Made by a program: the position numbers and the translations under genes | From: Eubacteriales bacterium | Lineage (GTDB): Bacteria; Bacillota; Clostridia; Saccharofermentanales; UBA5734 | Assembly: GCA_028708525.1 (NCBI GenBank) | Contig: JAQVYV010000001.1 | Location: 1-48,810, forward strand | Length of the DNA: 48,810 bases | Reading direction: 5' to 3' | Notes under the pieces: generated by a model | Told to the model about the DNA's origin: nothing | What the model saw: the letters and a program-made list of their open reading frames with translations, nothing else | The model's database searches: none | Part shown: piece by piece, positions 1 through 9,015 of the stretch | Numbering within the stretch: the stretch's first letter is position 1 | Layout of the letters: the number at the start of each line of letters is the position of its first letter

Positions 1-341
1 GGTACGGCAAAAACCAGTGCTGTTATCAGCCGCAATTTCATTCTTCGGAGTTCTTCCTCATGCCTTATAGCTTGCGCGTCAGGAAGATCATCAGCACTCT
101 CTTCTTCCGGAGAATAACCTTTATTCGTGACTGCATCCATTATTTCTGAGAGTTTGATCATTGACGGATCATATGAAAATGATGCTTTTTCTGTTGTGAG
201 ATTCACGGAAGCATCAGTTACGCCTTCGAGAGTACTAATTGCCTTTTCAACGGCGGCAGAACAGGAAGCACAGGACATCCCTTTAACAATGATTCGTTCA
301 CTTATCATCTCAATATTATTTTTCGTTTCATCATTTGCCAT
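1..341 (-). CDS. heavy-metal (Cu-type) translocating P-type ATPase, N-terminal fragment (gene continues past left edge)
   Basis: Absent from the ORF track because it is open at the window edge. Hand translation of the minus strand from ATG 341-339 gives MANDETKNNIEMISERIIVKGMSCASCSAAVEKAISTLEGVTDASVNLTTEKASFSYDPSMIKLSEIMDAVT... This is a classic HMA domain with the GMxCxxC metal-binding motif. AGGAGA RBS (complement of 351-356) lies 9 nt upstream. The listed + ORF 127..372 is its antisense shadow. Confidence 0.8.
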   Translation of the reverse strand, partial: MANDETKNNIEMISERIIVKGMSCASCSAAVEKAISTLEGVTDASVNLTTEKASFSYDPSMIKLSEIMDAVTNKGYSPEEESADDLPDAQAIRHEEELRRMKLRLITALVFAV

Positions 342-419
342 TAATGCTGATCTCCTGATATCTAATTCATAGTATATTAGTATAGTATAGCATTAACAAA
401 GATAAAACCGGAACAGAGG

Positions 420-1193
420 TTACACTTCTGTCTTATTTAGATTCAAAACTCTGGCTACTAAATGCATAACAAGAAATAAAATATAGTAGCTGACGAAAGC
501 GGCAGTGGTATATAAAAAGCTGTGTTTTTCATAAAGCCATGAATAAACAGGGAAATCAAAAGGGGGATGGTCAAGATAAAAGTAATTCATCTGAACGACT
601 CCACCTGCGGGATCACTGAATATGTTGTTGAACAAAATTGAAATAGAAAGAACAGGTAAAAGGATCAGACCGGATGTGAAGAGCGCTTTTCTGTCTGTTC
701 GAATACCGCGTACCAGAACAAGGTAAGTAGAATTAAAGAATATAAGACCATGTATTACAAAATAGGCATAGAACCTAAACCTGTCATAACCGAATGATTG
801 CTGAGGAAGAAGAAATGAAAAAAATGCCCCATACGAATAGTAATATATAACAGAACCGATAGTTCTATTTCCTGTGATCATGGCATAACTGCTAAGATAT
901 ATCGTCAAACCACACAGAGTCGTTGGATAGATATTCCTCCAGTCGGTCTGCCCTCCGATATAATGCCAGTAGTATTGGACAAACTCGAAAGTCATGCCCA
1001 CGATCCCCGCACTTATCGCTATAGCTTTGTCGAATCTCGACGATGCGATTCTTTTCCTGAAAAAAATTATAACGGTTACAGGTATCACAGCAAAAACGAT
1101 CGTTGCGATCAGATGCTGTAAAGAGAACTCATAGAACTGATGACCAAAATCCTCGTAATTGAAAAATAATCTAAATGAATCCACTATGGTCAT
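420..1193 (-). CDS. polytopic integral membrane protein (YwaF/TIGR02206-like)
   Basis: 257-aa ORF with about 7 hydrophobic, aromatic-rich helices (YYWHY, FRFYAYFVIHG). Its ATG overlaps the stop of the upstream Rrf2 gene (ATGA at 1190-1193), implying co-transcription and translational coupling. The family name is from memory of the sequence pattern only. Confidence 0.6.
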   Translation of the reverse strand: MTIVDSFRLFFNYEDFGHQFYEFSLQHLIATIVFAVIPVTVIIFFRKRIASSRFDKAIAISAGIVGMTFEFVQYYWHYIGGQTDWRNIYPTTLCGLTIYLSSYAMITGNRTIGSVIYYYSYGAFFSFLLPQQSFGYDRFRFYAYFVIHGLIFFNSTYLVLVRGIRTDRKALFTSGLILLPVLSISILFNNIFSDPAGGVVQMNYFYLDHPPFDFPVYSWLYEKHSFLYTTAAFVSYYILFLVMHLVARVLNLNKTEV

Positions 1194-1627
1194 ATATTAT
1201 AGTCCGGAGGGTTGATCGATTTCTGTTTATCAAGAAGATCCTGAAGCGTTGTATCGTTGATATATTCATTTATGACATTATAAAGACCTTGCCAGAAATC
1301 AATCGTTGGGCATGTACCGTATCTTTTACATGATACTGAACCTTCATCGACACAGTCTACAGGAGACAGAGCACCTTCTGTAGCCCTAATTATATCTCCG
1401 GCTGTGTATTCATCAGGCCGTCTGGACAACATGTATCCTCCTGCAGGACCTCTAAGGCTTCTTATCAATCCGGCTTTGCCCAGAAGTGTTACTATCTGTT
1501 CCAGATATTTTAGAGATATTTCCTGCCTTATTGAAATATCTTTAAGGGCTACATAGTTGCCATTGCTGTTTTCCGCTAAATCTATCATCATTCTCAAAGC
1601 ATATCTGCCTTTTGTTGAGATTTTCAT
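1190..1627 (-). CDS. Rrf2-family transcriptional regulator (IscR/CymR-like)
   Basis: MKISTKGRYALRMMIDLA...ISLKYLEQIVTLLGKAGLIRSLRGPAGGYML is the Rrf2 winged-HTH signature. A Cys triad C-x7-C-x5-C (VDCVDEGSVSCKRYGTCP) suggests an Fe-S ligand set. I chose ATG at 1627, with GGTGA about 6 nt upstream, over the track start at 1648. Confidence 0.85.
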   Translation of the reverse strand: MKISTKGRYALRMMIDLAENSNGNYVALKDISIRQEISLKYLEQIVTLLGKAGLIRSLRGPAGGYMLSRRPDEYTAGDIIRATEGALSPVDCVDEGSVSCKRYGTCPTIDFWQGLYNVINEYINDTTLQDLLDKQKSINPPDYNI

Positions 1628-1741
1628 TTTATTCACCTGCCTTAACATTATTATACTATAGGAATACTATGAAATCAAATCTAAAAAATCTGAAAAAATT
1701 GTATATGTAAACTTATCTTAACTTCAAAGAATGTTTACTAT

Positions 1742-2692
1742 ATGGTAAAATCATTTCGTTACAGCGAACATGATCATGAGGAGAGAATGAACAGACATCA
1801 AAGGATATTCACAATTATCAGAGATTATGTTTTGATAGTTGCAGGCAGTGCGCTTGTAGCTATTGCCATGGATATTTTTCTTGTCCCGAATAAGATCGCA
1901 AGCGGAGGAGCTACAGGACTTGCAACTGTACTGTTTCATGTTTCCAATGGTTTTCTTCCTGTAGGGGCTGTTATACTTGCTGTTAATGTACCATTGTTTA
2001 TACTTGGCATGAAAGTCATGGGCAGGTTGTTTCTTATCAAATCTGCTGTAAGCACTGTTTTATTGTCGGTTATGATAGATTTGTTTGAGCCATTCGCAGC
2101 TGATTTTACGAGAAAGTATCTTTCAGATTTTAAGTCGACCGGTATCGAGACCGATCTGTTGCTTTTATGTATATTTGGAGGAGTGCTTATGGGAACAGGC
2201 ATAGGACTGGTTTTCAGAGCGGGTGGTACAACAGGAGGTACAGATATCGCAGCGACGCTTCTGAGCAGGATATTCCAGAATGCAACGATAGGTCAGATAC
2301 TTCTGGTGATCGACGGTATAGTTGTGCTTTTTGCCGCAATAGCATTCAAGAGTTTTCTTCTGGCATTATACGCTATAGTTGTTATATACATCTCAACTAA
2401 AATAATTGATACTATCCTGGAAGGAGTCAATTTTGCCAAAGCGGTTTATATTATAACGGACTATCCTGAAGAAATTGCGGATATAATATTAAAGCAGCTT
2501 GACAGAGGGGTTACTGCTTTTGATGGAACGGGTATGTATACACGCAAAGATAAGAAAGTGCTTTTCTGTGTACTTGAGCGAACTCAGATACCGAAACTTA
2601 AGAATATAGTTAAAGCACATGATCCGAAAGCATTTATCGTCATGAATGATATTCGGGAAGTTCTTGGCGAATTCAATCGGGGGAAAAGATGA
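1742..2692 (+). CDS. YitT-family membrane protein (DUF2179 C-terminal domain)
   Basis: Repeated GG(A/T)TG motifs (ASGGATGLA, GGTTGGTDIA) in a multi-TM core. The soluble C-terminal domain (AVYIITDYPEEIADIILKQLDRGVT...VMNDIREVLG) is typical of the YitT family. Confidence 0.8.
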   Translation: MVKSFRYSEHDHEERMNRHQRIFTIIRDYVLIVAGSALVAIAMDIFLVPNKIASGGATGLATVLFHVSNGFLPVGAVILAVNVPLFILGMKVMGRLFLIKSAVSTVLLSVMIDLFEPFAADFTRKYLSDFKSTGIETDLLLLCIFGGVLMGTGIGLVFRAGGTTGGTDIAATLLSRIFQNATIGQILLVIDGIVVLFAAIAFKSFLLALYAIVVIYISTKIIDTILEGVNFAKAVYIITDYPEEIADIILKQLDRGVTAFDGTGMYTRKDKKVLFCVLERTQIPKLKNIVKAHDPKAFIVMNDIREVLGEFNRGKR

Positions 2693-3576
2693 TGAATGAC
2701 AGATCTAAAGGGTTTGCATATATCGCTGTTGTTTATGTTGTGGCTTTGTTAGCCGGATCGTTTATTTATCGTAATTGTATCAGCTTGGGGTATCTTATAG
2801 CTATAGCTGCTGCGGATTTTGGTGCGACAGTCATAATATGGGCATCCGGTGTTATGATCAGGAATTCATCTGTTTATGATCCATATTGGAGCGTTGCACC
2901 ATTTGTTGTACTGATTCTGTTTTCTTGTGATAGAGGCTCTGTTTCATCTGCCGGGATGATCATGCTTGTTGCTGTTACTTTATGGAGTTTCAGACTGACT
3001 GCAAACTGGGCTTATACTTTTCAAAGTATTAAATACCAGGACTGGAGGTACGACAAGTACAGGAATGATTTTCCTAAGTTATGGCCTTTAGTGAACTTTT
3101 TCGGAATAAATTTCATGCCGACGGTCATTGTCTACTTTGCCATGGTGCCGGGACTTATTTTAGTGAACGGAGATCACGCAGCCGGTCCTGTGACTTATTT
3201 GGCATTTCTGATATGCCTTGCGGCTGTTATGATACAGTTTGTATCCGATTCTAAGCTTCACAGATTCAGAAAGGTGAGCAGCAACAGTGAAGTTTGTTGT
3301 GAGGGGCTTTGGCGATACAGCAGACATCCGAATTACTTTGGCGAGATACTTATGTGGTGGGGCGTGTTTCTGATGCTTTTATCTGTCGACAGAAGCATGT
3401 GGGTTACAGGAGCAGGTGCTTTGATGAACACTTTGCTGTTTGTTTTCATAAGTATACCCCTCATGGAGAAGAGGCAACTTCTTAATAAGAAAGGTTACGA
3501 TGAGTATATGCTCAGGACCAACAAACTGATACCATTAAGCAGAGAGCTATTTACAAGAGGTATAAATGAGCACTAG
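2689..3576 (+). CDS. DUF1295 / steroid-5-alpha-reductase-like membrane protein
   Basis: Multi-TM protein with the C-terminal signature GLWRYSRHPNYFGEILMWWG. The start overlaps the yitT stop (ATGA 2689-2692). Confidence 0.75.
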   Translation: MMNDRSKGFAYIAVVYVVALLAGSFIYRNCISLGYLIAIAAADFGATVIIWASGVMIRNSSVYDPYWSVAPFVVLILFSCDRGSVSSAGMIMLVAVTLWSFRLTANWAYTFQSIKYQDWRYDKYRNDFPKLWPLVNFFGINFMPTVIVYFAMVPGLILVNGDHAAGPVTYLAFLICLAAVMIQFVSDSKLHRFRKVSSNSEVCCEGLWRYSRHPNYFGEILMWWGVFLMLLSVDRSMWVTGAGALMNTLLFVFISIPLMEKRQLLNKKGYDEYMLRTNKLIPLSRELFTRGINEH

Positions 3577-4852
3577 GAGAAGAAAACGGCGCAAGCGCAA
3601 TTATTTGCCGTACATCATAATGTTTCCGGCAGTTGTTATAGTTTGTGTTGCTGCTATTGTTATCATTCAAAATACACTTATAAACAACCGGATCCTTGCT
3701 GAAGTTATCATTGAAGCAGGCGATGAGTTACCTGATGCAGGAGTGTTCTGTAAAGATGACTCACTACAGGCATCTTTTAATGGTGACATCGCTATCTCTG
3801 ATACTTCAGTGCCGGGAAAATACCCGTTGGAAGTTACTGTTGATGGTAAAATATATAAAGTCAGCTTAATAGTTGAGGATACTGTTCCTCCGAGCGGTAC
3901 AGTTAAATCATGTGAAATATGGATGGGTGAGGAGATAGGTGCTGATCTTTTCGTGACCTCTGTTACTGATGTTTCTGAAGTTGCTGCAACTTTTGCTGTA
4001 AGACCGGACTTTGATCTTCCCGGAACACAGGATATAAATATTCTGCTTGAGGATTCATCAGGTAATAAAACAGAGCTTAACACTTCTCTTACGATAAAGG
4101 AGGATAAAGAGCCGCCGGTCATAAGCGGAACATCTGACAAAACGGTTTTCATCGGAGAAAATGTTTCATATCGTAAAAATGTTACAGTGACTGACAATAA
4201 GGATGTTGATGTACAGATCGAAATAGATAACAGCTCGGTTGATCCTGCAAAGGCCGGACGCTATCCTGTTAAGTATTCGGCTGCAGATTCAGCCGGTAAC
4301 AGAACCGAGATCACTGTTTACTATACTTTTCAAATCAAACCTGAAGGATATGTCTCGGAAGAAGAGCTCTATGAACTTGTCGATCAGGTGCTCGATGAAA
4401 TAATCGATCCCGGAATGAGCGATCTGGAGAAAATGTCAGAGATATTCTATTGGATAGCCGATCATATAAACTATATCGGAACATCGGATAAGTCGGATTG
4501 GATCAAAGGTGCCTATTTGGGAATGACTAGAGGGACAGGCGACTGTTTTAATTATTTTGCCGCAGCTAAAGCATTTCTGACACGCGCGGGTTATGAAACG
4601 ATCCCGATCGAAAGAGTTAAAGACGCTAAGACCAGGCATTACTGGAATCTTGTAAAATATGAAGGTGAATGGTATCATTTCGATCCGCTGCCGAATCTTG
4701 CAAAGTATCACTATGTGTGTTTACTCAGGACCGATGCAGAAGTCGCGGAGTATTCTAAGAAAAACACGCGATTCTATGAATTTGATAAAACGGGAATACC
4801 CGCTACGGCAACGAAGCCGCTGGATATCGAAAGAAAGGTCATCAATGGCTGA
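3566..4852 (+). CDS. membrane-anchored transglutaminase-like (Cys-His-Asp) protein with Ig-like repeats
   Basis: N-terminal basic stretch plus TM anchor (RRRKRRKRNYLPYIIMFPAVVIVCVAAIVII). Two Ig/DUF5011-like repeats (PPSGTV..., PPVISGTSDKTV...AGRYPVKYSAADSAGN). C-terminal transglutaminase core GDCFNYFAAAKAFLTRAGY...HYWNLVKYEGEWYHFDP. Confidence 0.75.
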   Translation: MSTRRRKRRKRNYLPYIIMFPAVVIVCVAAIVIIQNTLINNRILAEVIIEAGDELPDAGVFCKDDSLQASFNGDIAISDTSVPGKYPLEVTVDGKIYKVSLIVEDTVPPSGTVKSCEIWMGEEIGADLFVTSVTDVSEVAATFAVRPDFDLPGTQDINILLEDSSGNKTELNTSLTIKEDKEPPVISGTSDKTVFIGENVSYRKNVTVTDNKDVDVQIEIDNSSVDPAKAGRYPVKYSAADSAGNRTEITVYYTFQIKPEGYVSEEELYELVDQVLDEIIDPGMSDLEKMSEIFYWIADHINYIGTSDKSDWIKGAYLGMTRGTGDCFNYFAAAKAFLTRAGYETIPIERVKDAKTRHYWNLVKYEGEWYHFDPLPNLAKYHYVCLLRTDAEVAEYSKKNTRFYEFDKTGIPATATKPLDIERKVING

Positions 4853-5633
4853 ATGTTTTAGCATAAGTAAATCTGAACGGAAGTGCCTTGGTGTGATCGG
4901 CGGACTCGGACCGCTTGCTACTGTATATTTTATGGAACAGGTTATCGGGATGACTGAAGCTTTAACAGATCAGGAACATCTGGATATGATCGTTATCAAT
5001 TCTCCCGGCATACCTGACAGAACGGGTTTCATTCTTGACAGGAGCAAAGAGGATCCGCTTCCGGAAATGATATCGATAGCACGAAAACTTGAGATGCTTG
5101 GTGCGGATAACATTGCTGTTCCGTGTATAACCGCACATTATTTCTATGATATGTTGAACGCTTCTGTTGACATCCCTGTCATAAATGCTGTGACGGAGAC
5201 AGTTGATCATTTAGCTAAAGCCGGTTTCATTAAATTTGGGCTAGCCGCTACTGACGGGACGATTTCCAGCGGGTTATTCCAGAAGGAGGCATCAGCTAAA
5301 GGGATGGAGTGTATATTGCCCGATGAGATCTGTCAGAAAGATTTGATGAAGCTTATATATGATGATATCAAAGCGGGGAAAGAGCCGGATATGAAGCTTT
5401 TTCATGCAGTTGTCAGTGATTTGAGAAATAAAGGAGCACAGATGATCGTTCTGGGATGCACTGAATTGTCGCTTCTTAAGAAGGAAGAACTTATCGGACC
5501 GGGGTTCATTGATGTCACGGATGTTCTTGCCCGCGTTTCTGTGGTCACTTCAGGTGGACAACTGAAAAAGGAATACTTTGACTTGACGGGCGGCATAAGA
5601 AAATTTAGACAAGGAGAAAACGATGCAGTATAA
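4845..5633 (+). CDS. PLP-independent amino-acid racemase, Asp/Glu/hydantoin racemase family (aspartate racemase-like)
   Basis: GVIGGLGPLATVYFMEQVI N-terminal motif and two catalytic-Cys motifs (AVPCITAH and VLGCTELSLL). I chose ATG 4845 (MAECFS...), which overlaps the previous stop by 8 nt. The track start at 4659 would add 62 residues lying inside the transglutaminase gene. Confidence 0.85.
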   Translation: MAECFSISKSERKCLGVIGGLGPLATVYFMEQVIGMTEALTDQEHLDMIVINSPGIPDRTGFILDRSKEDPLPEMISIARKLEMLGADNIAVPCITAHYFYDMLNASVDIPVINAVTETVDHLAKAGFIKFGLAATDGTISSGLFQKEASAKGMECILPDEICQKDLMKLIYDDIKAGKEPDMKLFHAVVSDLRNKGAQMIVLGCTELSLLKKEELIGPGFIDVTDVLARVSVVTSGGQLKKEYFDLTGGIRKFRQGENDAV

Positions 5634-7140
5634 CGTACTCGAATACCTTGAAGATACAGTCAACAGAGTGCCCGGAAAGATGGCTTTCAGTGATGGAAAT
5701 TTCTCTGTGACGTTTGCTGAGGTATATCGTCAGAGCAGGGCTGTAGGCACCTGGTTGTCAGTTCGGCAATACTATAACGAACCGGTAGTTGTTTTCATGA
5801 ATAAACATCCTAAAACAATTACGGCTTTTCTCGGAGTTATTTACAGCGGAAATCATTATGTTCCTTTGGATGAAGAAATGCCTCTTTTCAGAGTTGGTCT
5901 GATACTTGAAACGCTTAAGCCCCGTATAGTTATCTGTGACAGTGTTGGTGCAAATAAGCTTGCTGGTTTCGGATATACCGGTATGATTGTCGAATATGAT
6001 GACATTGCTGACTCAAAGTCCGATGATGAGGTTTTAAGACTGATCAGAGACAGACAGATCGACACAGATGCGATCTATGTAGTTTTTACATCAGGCTCTA
6101 CAGGTGTTCCTAAAGGCATTGTTGCCTGCCATCGCTCGGTAATAGATTATATGGAGGCATTTACTGCAGCACTTGAATTGAATGAGACTGCGATTTTCGG
6201 TATGCAGGTACCTCTTTACTTTGATGCTTGTCTTAAGGAAGTTTTCTCTACGCTGAAATTTGGAGCGTCTACATATCTGATACCCCGAAGTCTATTCATG
6301 TTTCCTGTAAAACTCGTGGAATTTATGAATGAGAATAAGATCAACACTGTATGCTGGGTCGTTTCTGCGTTGACGATGATCTCGGCTTTTGGTGCACTTG
6401 AGAAATCTGTGCCGGTTCATTTGAAAACGATAGCATTCGGAAGCGAAGTAATGCCGGTAAAACAGCTTGATTTGTGGCGTAAAGCACTTCCGGGAGCGCA
6501 TTTCTATAATCTGTATGGGCCCACAGAAGCTACGGGCATGAGCTGTTTCTACAAAGTGTCAAGGGAGTTTTCGGAGGGTGAGGTCATTCCGATCGGAAAG
6601 CCCTTCAGAAACACGTCGGTATTTTTGCTGAAAGAAAATAACGAAGTTGCCGGATTTAATGAAACAGGGGAGATATGTATCAGAGGGACAGCACTTACTA
6701 TGGGATACTATCGTTCCTTTGATAAGACCGCGGAGGTCTTCGTTCAGAACCCGCTGAACAAAGTATACCCTGAACTGATATACCGTACAGGTGATCTCGC
6801 ACGGATGACCGAAGACGGTGACTTGATCTTTGTATCAAGAAAAGATGACCAGATAAAGCATATGGGTCACAGGATCGAGCTTGGTGAGATCGAATCGCAG
6901 GTCAGTCTTATTGAGGGAATAGGTCATTCGTGCTGTCTCTATGATAAGTCGACTGACAGGATCGTTCTGTTCTATTCAGGGGATACAGATGAAGGAGTAC
7001 TGATCAAACAGTTGCGCGGGAAACTTCCCAGATATATGTTACCTAATACTGTAGAGAGAATGAATAAGATCCCGTTGATGGCTAATTCTAAAATAGACCG
7101 TTCAGAATTGAAGCGGCGATTAAATAGTAATATTAAATAG
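5623..7140 (+). CDS. DltA-like carrier-protein ligase (stand-alone adenylation domain, ANL superfamily)
   Basis: Core A-domain motifs are present: VVFTSGSTGVPKGI (A3), FDACLKE (A4), NLYGPTEAT (A5), GEICIRG..LTMGY (A6), YRTGDLA (A7), GHRIELGEIE (A8), NSKIDR (A10 Lys). The 505-aa size and a following 75-aa carrier gene match DltA architecture. The start overlaps the racemase stop. Confidence 0.85.
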   Translation: MQYNVLEYLEDTVNRVPGKMAFSDGNFSVTFAEVYRQSRAVGTWLSVRQYYNEPVVVFMNKHPKTITAFLGVIYSGNHYVPLDEEMPLFRVGLILETLKPRIVICDSVGANKLAGFGYTGMIVEYDDIADSKSDDEVLRLIRDRQIDTDAIYVVFTSGSTGVPKGIVACHRSVIDYMEAFTAALELNETAIFGMQVPLYFDACLKEVFSTLKFGASTYLIPRSLFMFPVKLVEFMNENKINTVCWVVSALTMISAFGALEKSVPVHLKTIAFGSEVMPVKQLDLWRKALPGAHFYNLYGPTEATGMSCFYKVSREFSEGEVIPIGKPFRNTSVFLLKENNEVAGFNETGEICIRGTALTMGYYRSFDKTAEVFVQNPLNKVYPELIYRTGDLARMTEDGDLIFVSRKDDQIKHMGHRIELGEIESQVSLIEGIGHSCCLYDKSTDRIVLFYSGDTDEGVLIKQLRGKLPRYMLPNTVERMNKIPLMANSKIDRSELKRRLNSNIK

Positions 7141-7158
7141 ATACAGGAGACCGGAATA

Positions 7159-7386
7159 ATGAATGAATTAATAAGTATACTTAACGGATTGCATCCGGAT
7201 GTTGATTTTGCCGAAGCAGAAGGACTCGTAGACAACGGAGTGCTTGATTCGTTTGACATAATTAGTCTCGTCGCAGAAATCGACAGCGAATTCGATGTAC
7301 GTATACCGGCTGAAGAGATCCTGCCTGAAAATTTCAATTCAGCTAAAGCACTTTATGAACTTATAACACGGCTTGGCGATAACTGA
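7159..7386 (+). CDS. DltC-like aminoacyl/acyl carrier protein
   Basis: 75 aa and acidic, with phosphopantetheine-attachment motif GVLDSFDIISLVAEIDSEF. GGAGA RBS lies upstream. Confidence 0.8.
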   Translation: MNELISILNGLHPDVDFAEAEGLVDNGVLDSFDIISLVAEIDSEFDVRIPAEEILPENFNSAKALYELITRLGDN

Positions 7387-7400
7387 GGAGCAGTCAGCAG

Positions 7401-8993
7401 ATGCTTTTTACATCATACGAATTTTGGGGATTCATAGCATGTCTGTTCCTGCTATACTATTTAATACCCCGAAAATATCAATGGGTCATGCTTCTTGCCG
7501 CAAGCTATATTTTCTATTTTCTTGCGCATCCTACATATCTGATATATATCTCTGTAACGACCATGACAACATTTTACGCAGCGATGCGCATAGGTCAGCT
7601 GCTTAATGTTCAGAAAGCACATCTGGAGATTAACAAGGAGACTTTCAGTAAGGAAGAGAAGCAGGGGTATAAATCTTCTGTGCGGAAGAAGCAAAGAAAG
7701 TGGTTTATCGCTTGCCTGCTCATCAATTTTGGTATCCTTGCTTTTCTGAAATATACAAATTTTACGATAGCGAACATCAATTCTCTGTTATCGGTTCTGG
7801 GAACCGGAGAGCGACTGACATTCATGAATGTCATTCTTCCGATGGGGATCTCGTTCTATACATTTCAGGCAATGGGATATCTTATCGATGTTTATCAGGG
7901 AAAGATCAAACCGGAAAAGAGCATCTTCAGATTCGCGCTGTTTGTGTCGTTTTTCCCTCAGCTCGTGCAGGGGCCAATCAGCAGGTTCAACGATCTTTCA
8001 GCAACATTGTATGAGGAACACAGATTTGACTTTAAAGAAGTAAGTTATGGATTTCAGAGGATATTATGGGGTCTGTTTAAGAAACTTGTGATCGCTGACA
8101 GGATCCTTGTCGCAGTTAACACGATCATAAAGGAACCGGATGAGTACAACGGTGTCTTTGTCTTTGTCGGAATGATGTTTTATGCAATTCAGTTGTACGC
8201 TGATTTTACCGGCGGGATAGATATAACCATAGGTATAGCGGAAGTTTTGGGAATCAGGATCAAGGAAAATTTCAATGCTCCTTTTCTGGCGAAAAACATC
8301 ACAGACTACTGGAGACGCTGGCATATCACAATGGGTACATGGTTCCGTGATTATCTGTTCTATCCGCTTTCGGTGTCCGGCCCGATATTAAATCTTTCAC
8401 GGTGGTCCAGGCGCAGACTGGGTGATGGGTTAGGCAGGAAGATCCCCGTGTATCTGACAACTCTTATCGTGTGGTTTGCAACAGGTCTCTGGCATGGAAG
8501 CAGCTGGAATTTCATCGCATGGGGATTGACCAATGGTATAGTGATAATCATATCACAAGCGTTTGAACCGCTTTACGCACGCTTCCATAATAAGTTTCCT
8601 GTTAAAGGGAAGCCGTTATACTCGGCTTTCGAAGTGATAAGGACAGTTTTACTGATGAGTGCGATCAGGATGTTTGACTGCTACAGAGATGTTCCGCTGA
8701 CTTTTAGAATGTTCGGATCGATGTTTACTACCGGGAATTTTTCAGCTCTTTTCGACAGAGAGGTTATGAAACTTGGTCTTAGTGGTGCTGATTACATCGT
8801 TCTCGCAGCAGCGACCGTGATCCTCATAGCAAGTGGGATCCGAAGGAAAGAAGGCAGTATGCGTGACCGACTGGAAAAGATCCCTGCAAGGCGAAGATAT
8901 CTTATGATATATCTTCTGGGTGTGATAATACTTTTATTTGGAGCATACGGGGTCGGTTATGACGCTACACAATTTATTTACAATCAGTTCTGA
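7401..8993 (+). CDS. MBOAT-family membrane O-acyltransferase (DltB/AlgI-like)
   Basis: 530 aa, polytopic. MBOAT motifs FYTFQAMGYLIDVY, FWRRWHITMGTWFRDYLFYPL, and the conserved His in ATGLWHGSSWNF. Confidence 0.85.
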   Translation: MLFTSYEFWGFIACLFLLYYLIPRKYQWVMLLAASYIFYFLAHPTYLIYISVTTMTTFYAAMRIGQLLNVQKAHLEINKETFSKEEKQGYKSSVRKKQRKWFIACLLINFGILAFLKYTNFTIANINSLLSVLGTGERLTFMNVILPMGISFYTFQAMGYLIDVYQGKIKPEKSIFRFALFVSFFPQLVQGPISRFNDLSATLYEEHRFDFKEVSYGFQRILWGLFKKLVIADRILVAVNTIIKEPDEYNGVFVFVGMMFYAIQLYADFTGGIDITIGIAEVLGIRIKENFNAPFLAKNITDYWRRWHITMGTWFRDYLFYPLSVSGPILNLSRWSRRRLGDGLGRKIPVYLTTLIVWFATGLWHGSSWNFIAWGLTNGIVIIISQAFEPLYARFHNKFPVKGKPLYSAFEVIRTVLLMSAIRMFDCYRDVPLTFRMFGSMFTTGNFSALFDREVMKLGLSGADYIVLAAATVILIASGIRRKEGSMRDRLEKIPARRRYLMIYLLGVIILLFGAYGVGYDATQFIYNQF

Positions 8994-9015
8994 GTAGGAT
9001 GGTAACGGGTGATAT

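Noticed and set aside
127-372. 81-aa + strand ORF at the left edge.
   Set aside because: It is the antisense shadow of the HMA domain of the minus-strand P-type ATPase. It starts with GTG, has no RBS, and gives a low-complexity translation.
369-388. ATAGTAT/TTAGTAT direct repeats upstream of the P-type ATPase gene, and ATACTAT x2 (1653-1670, 11-nt spacing) in the rrf2-yitT intergenic region. These are possible shared operators.
   Set aside because: They are 7-mers in very AT-rich promoter DNA and overlap likely -10 boxes (TATAAT on the rrf2 strand). Their orientations differ between the two sites. No CopY (TACAnnTGTA) or CsoR-type GC palindrome is present. There is not enough evidence to call a site.
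3667-4197. Long antisense ORFs inside real genes. Examples: 3667-4197, 9505-10092, 18677-19198, 23468-23998, 25925-26479, 30227-30613, 36309-36905, 46273-46578.
   Set aside because: All lie opposite strongly motif-supported genes. Their translations are Ser/Ile/Leu/Thr-rich, they lack RBS signals, and they are typical shadow ORFs. I saw no evidence for overlapping-gene coding.
4659-4844. N-terminal 62-residue extension of the racemase ORF. Similar upstream extensions occur at 18903-18992, 36214-36225, 46485-46517 and 47506-47517.
   Set aside because: The extensions overlap the preceding gene or lack an RBS. Internal ATGs with good Shine-Dalgarno spacing coincide with the conserved family N-termini.
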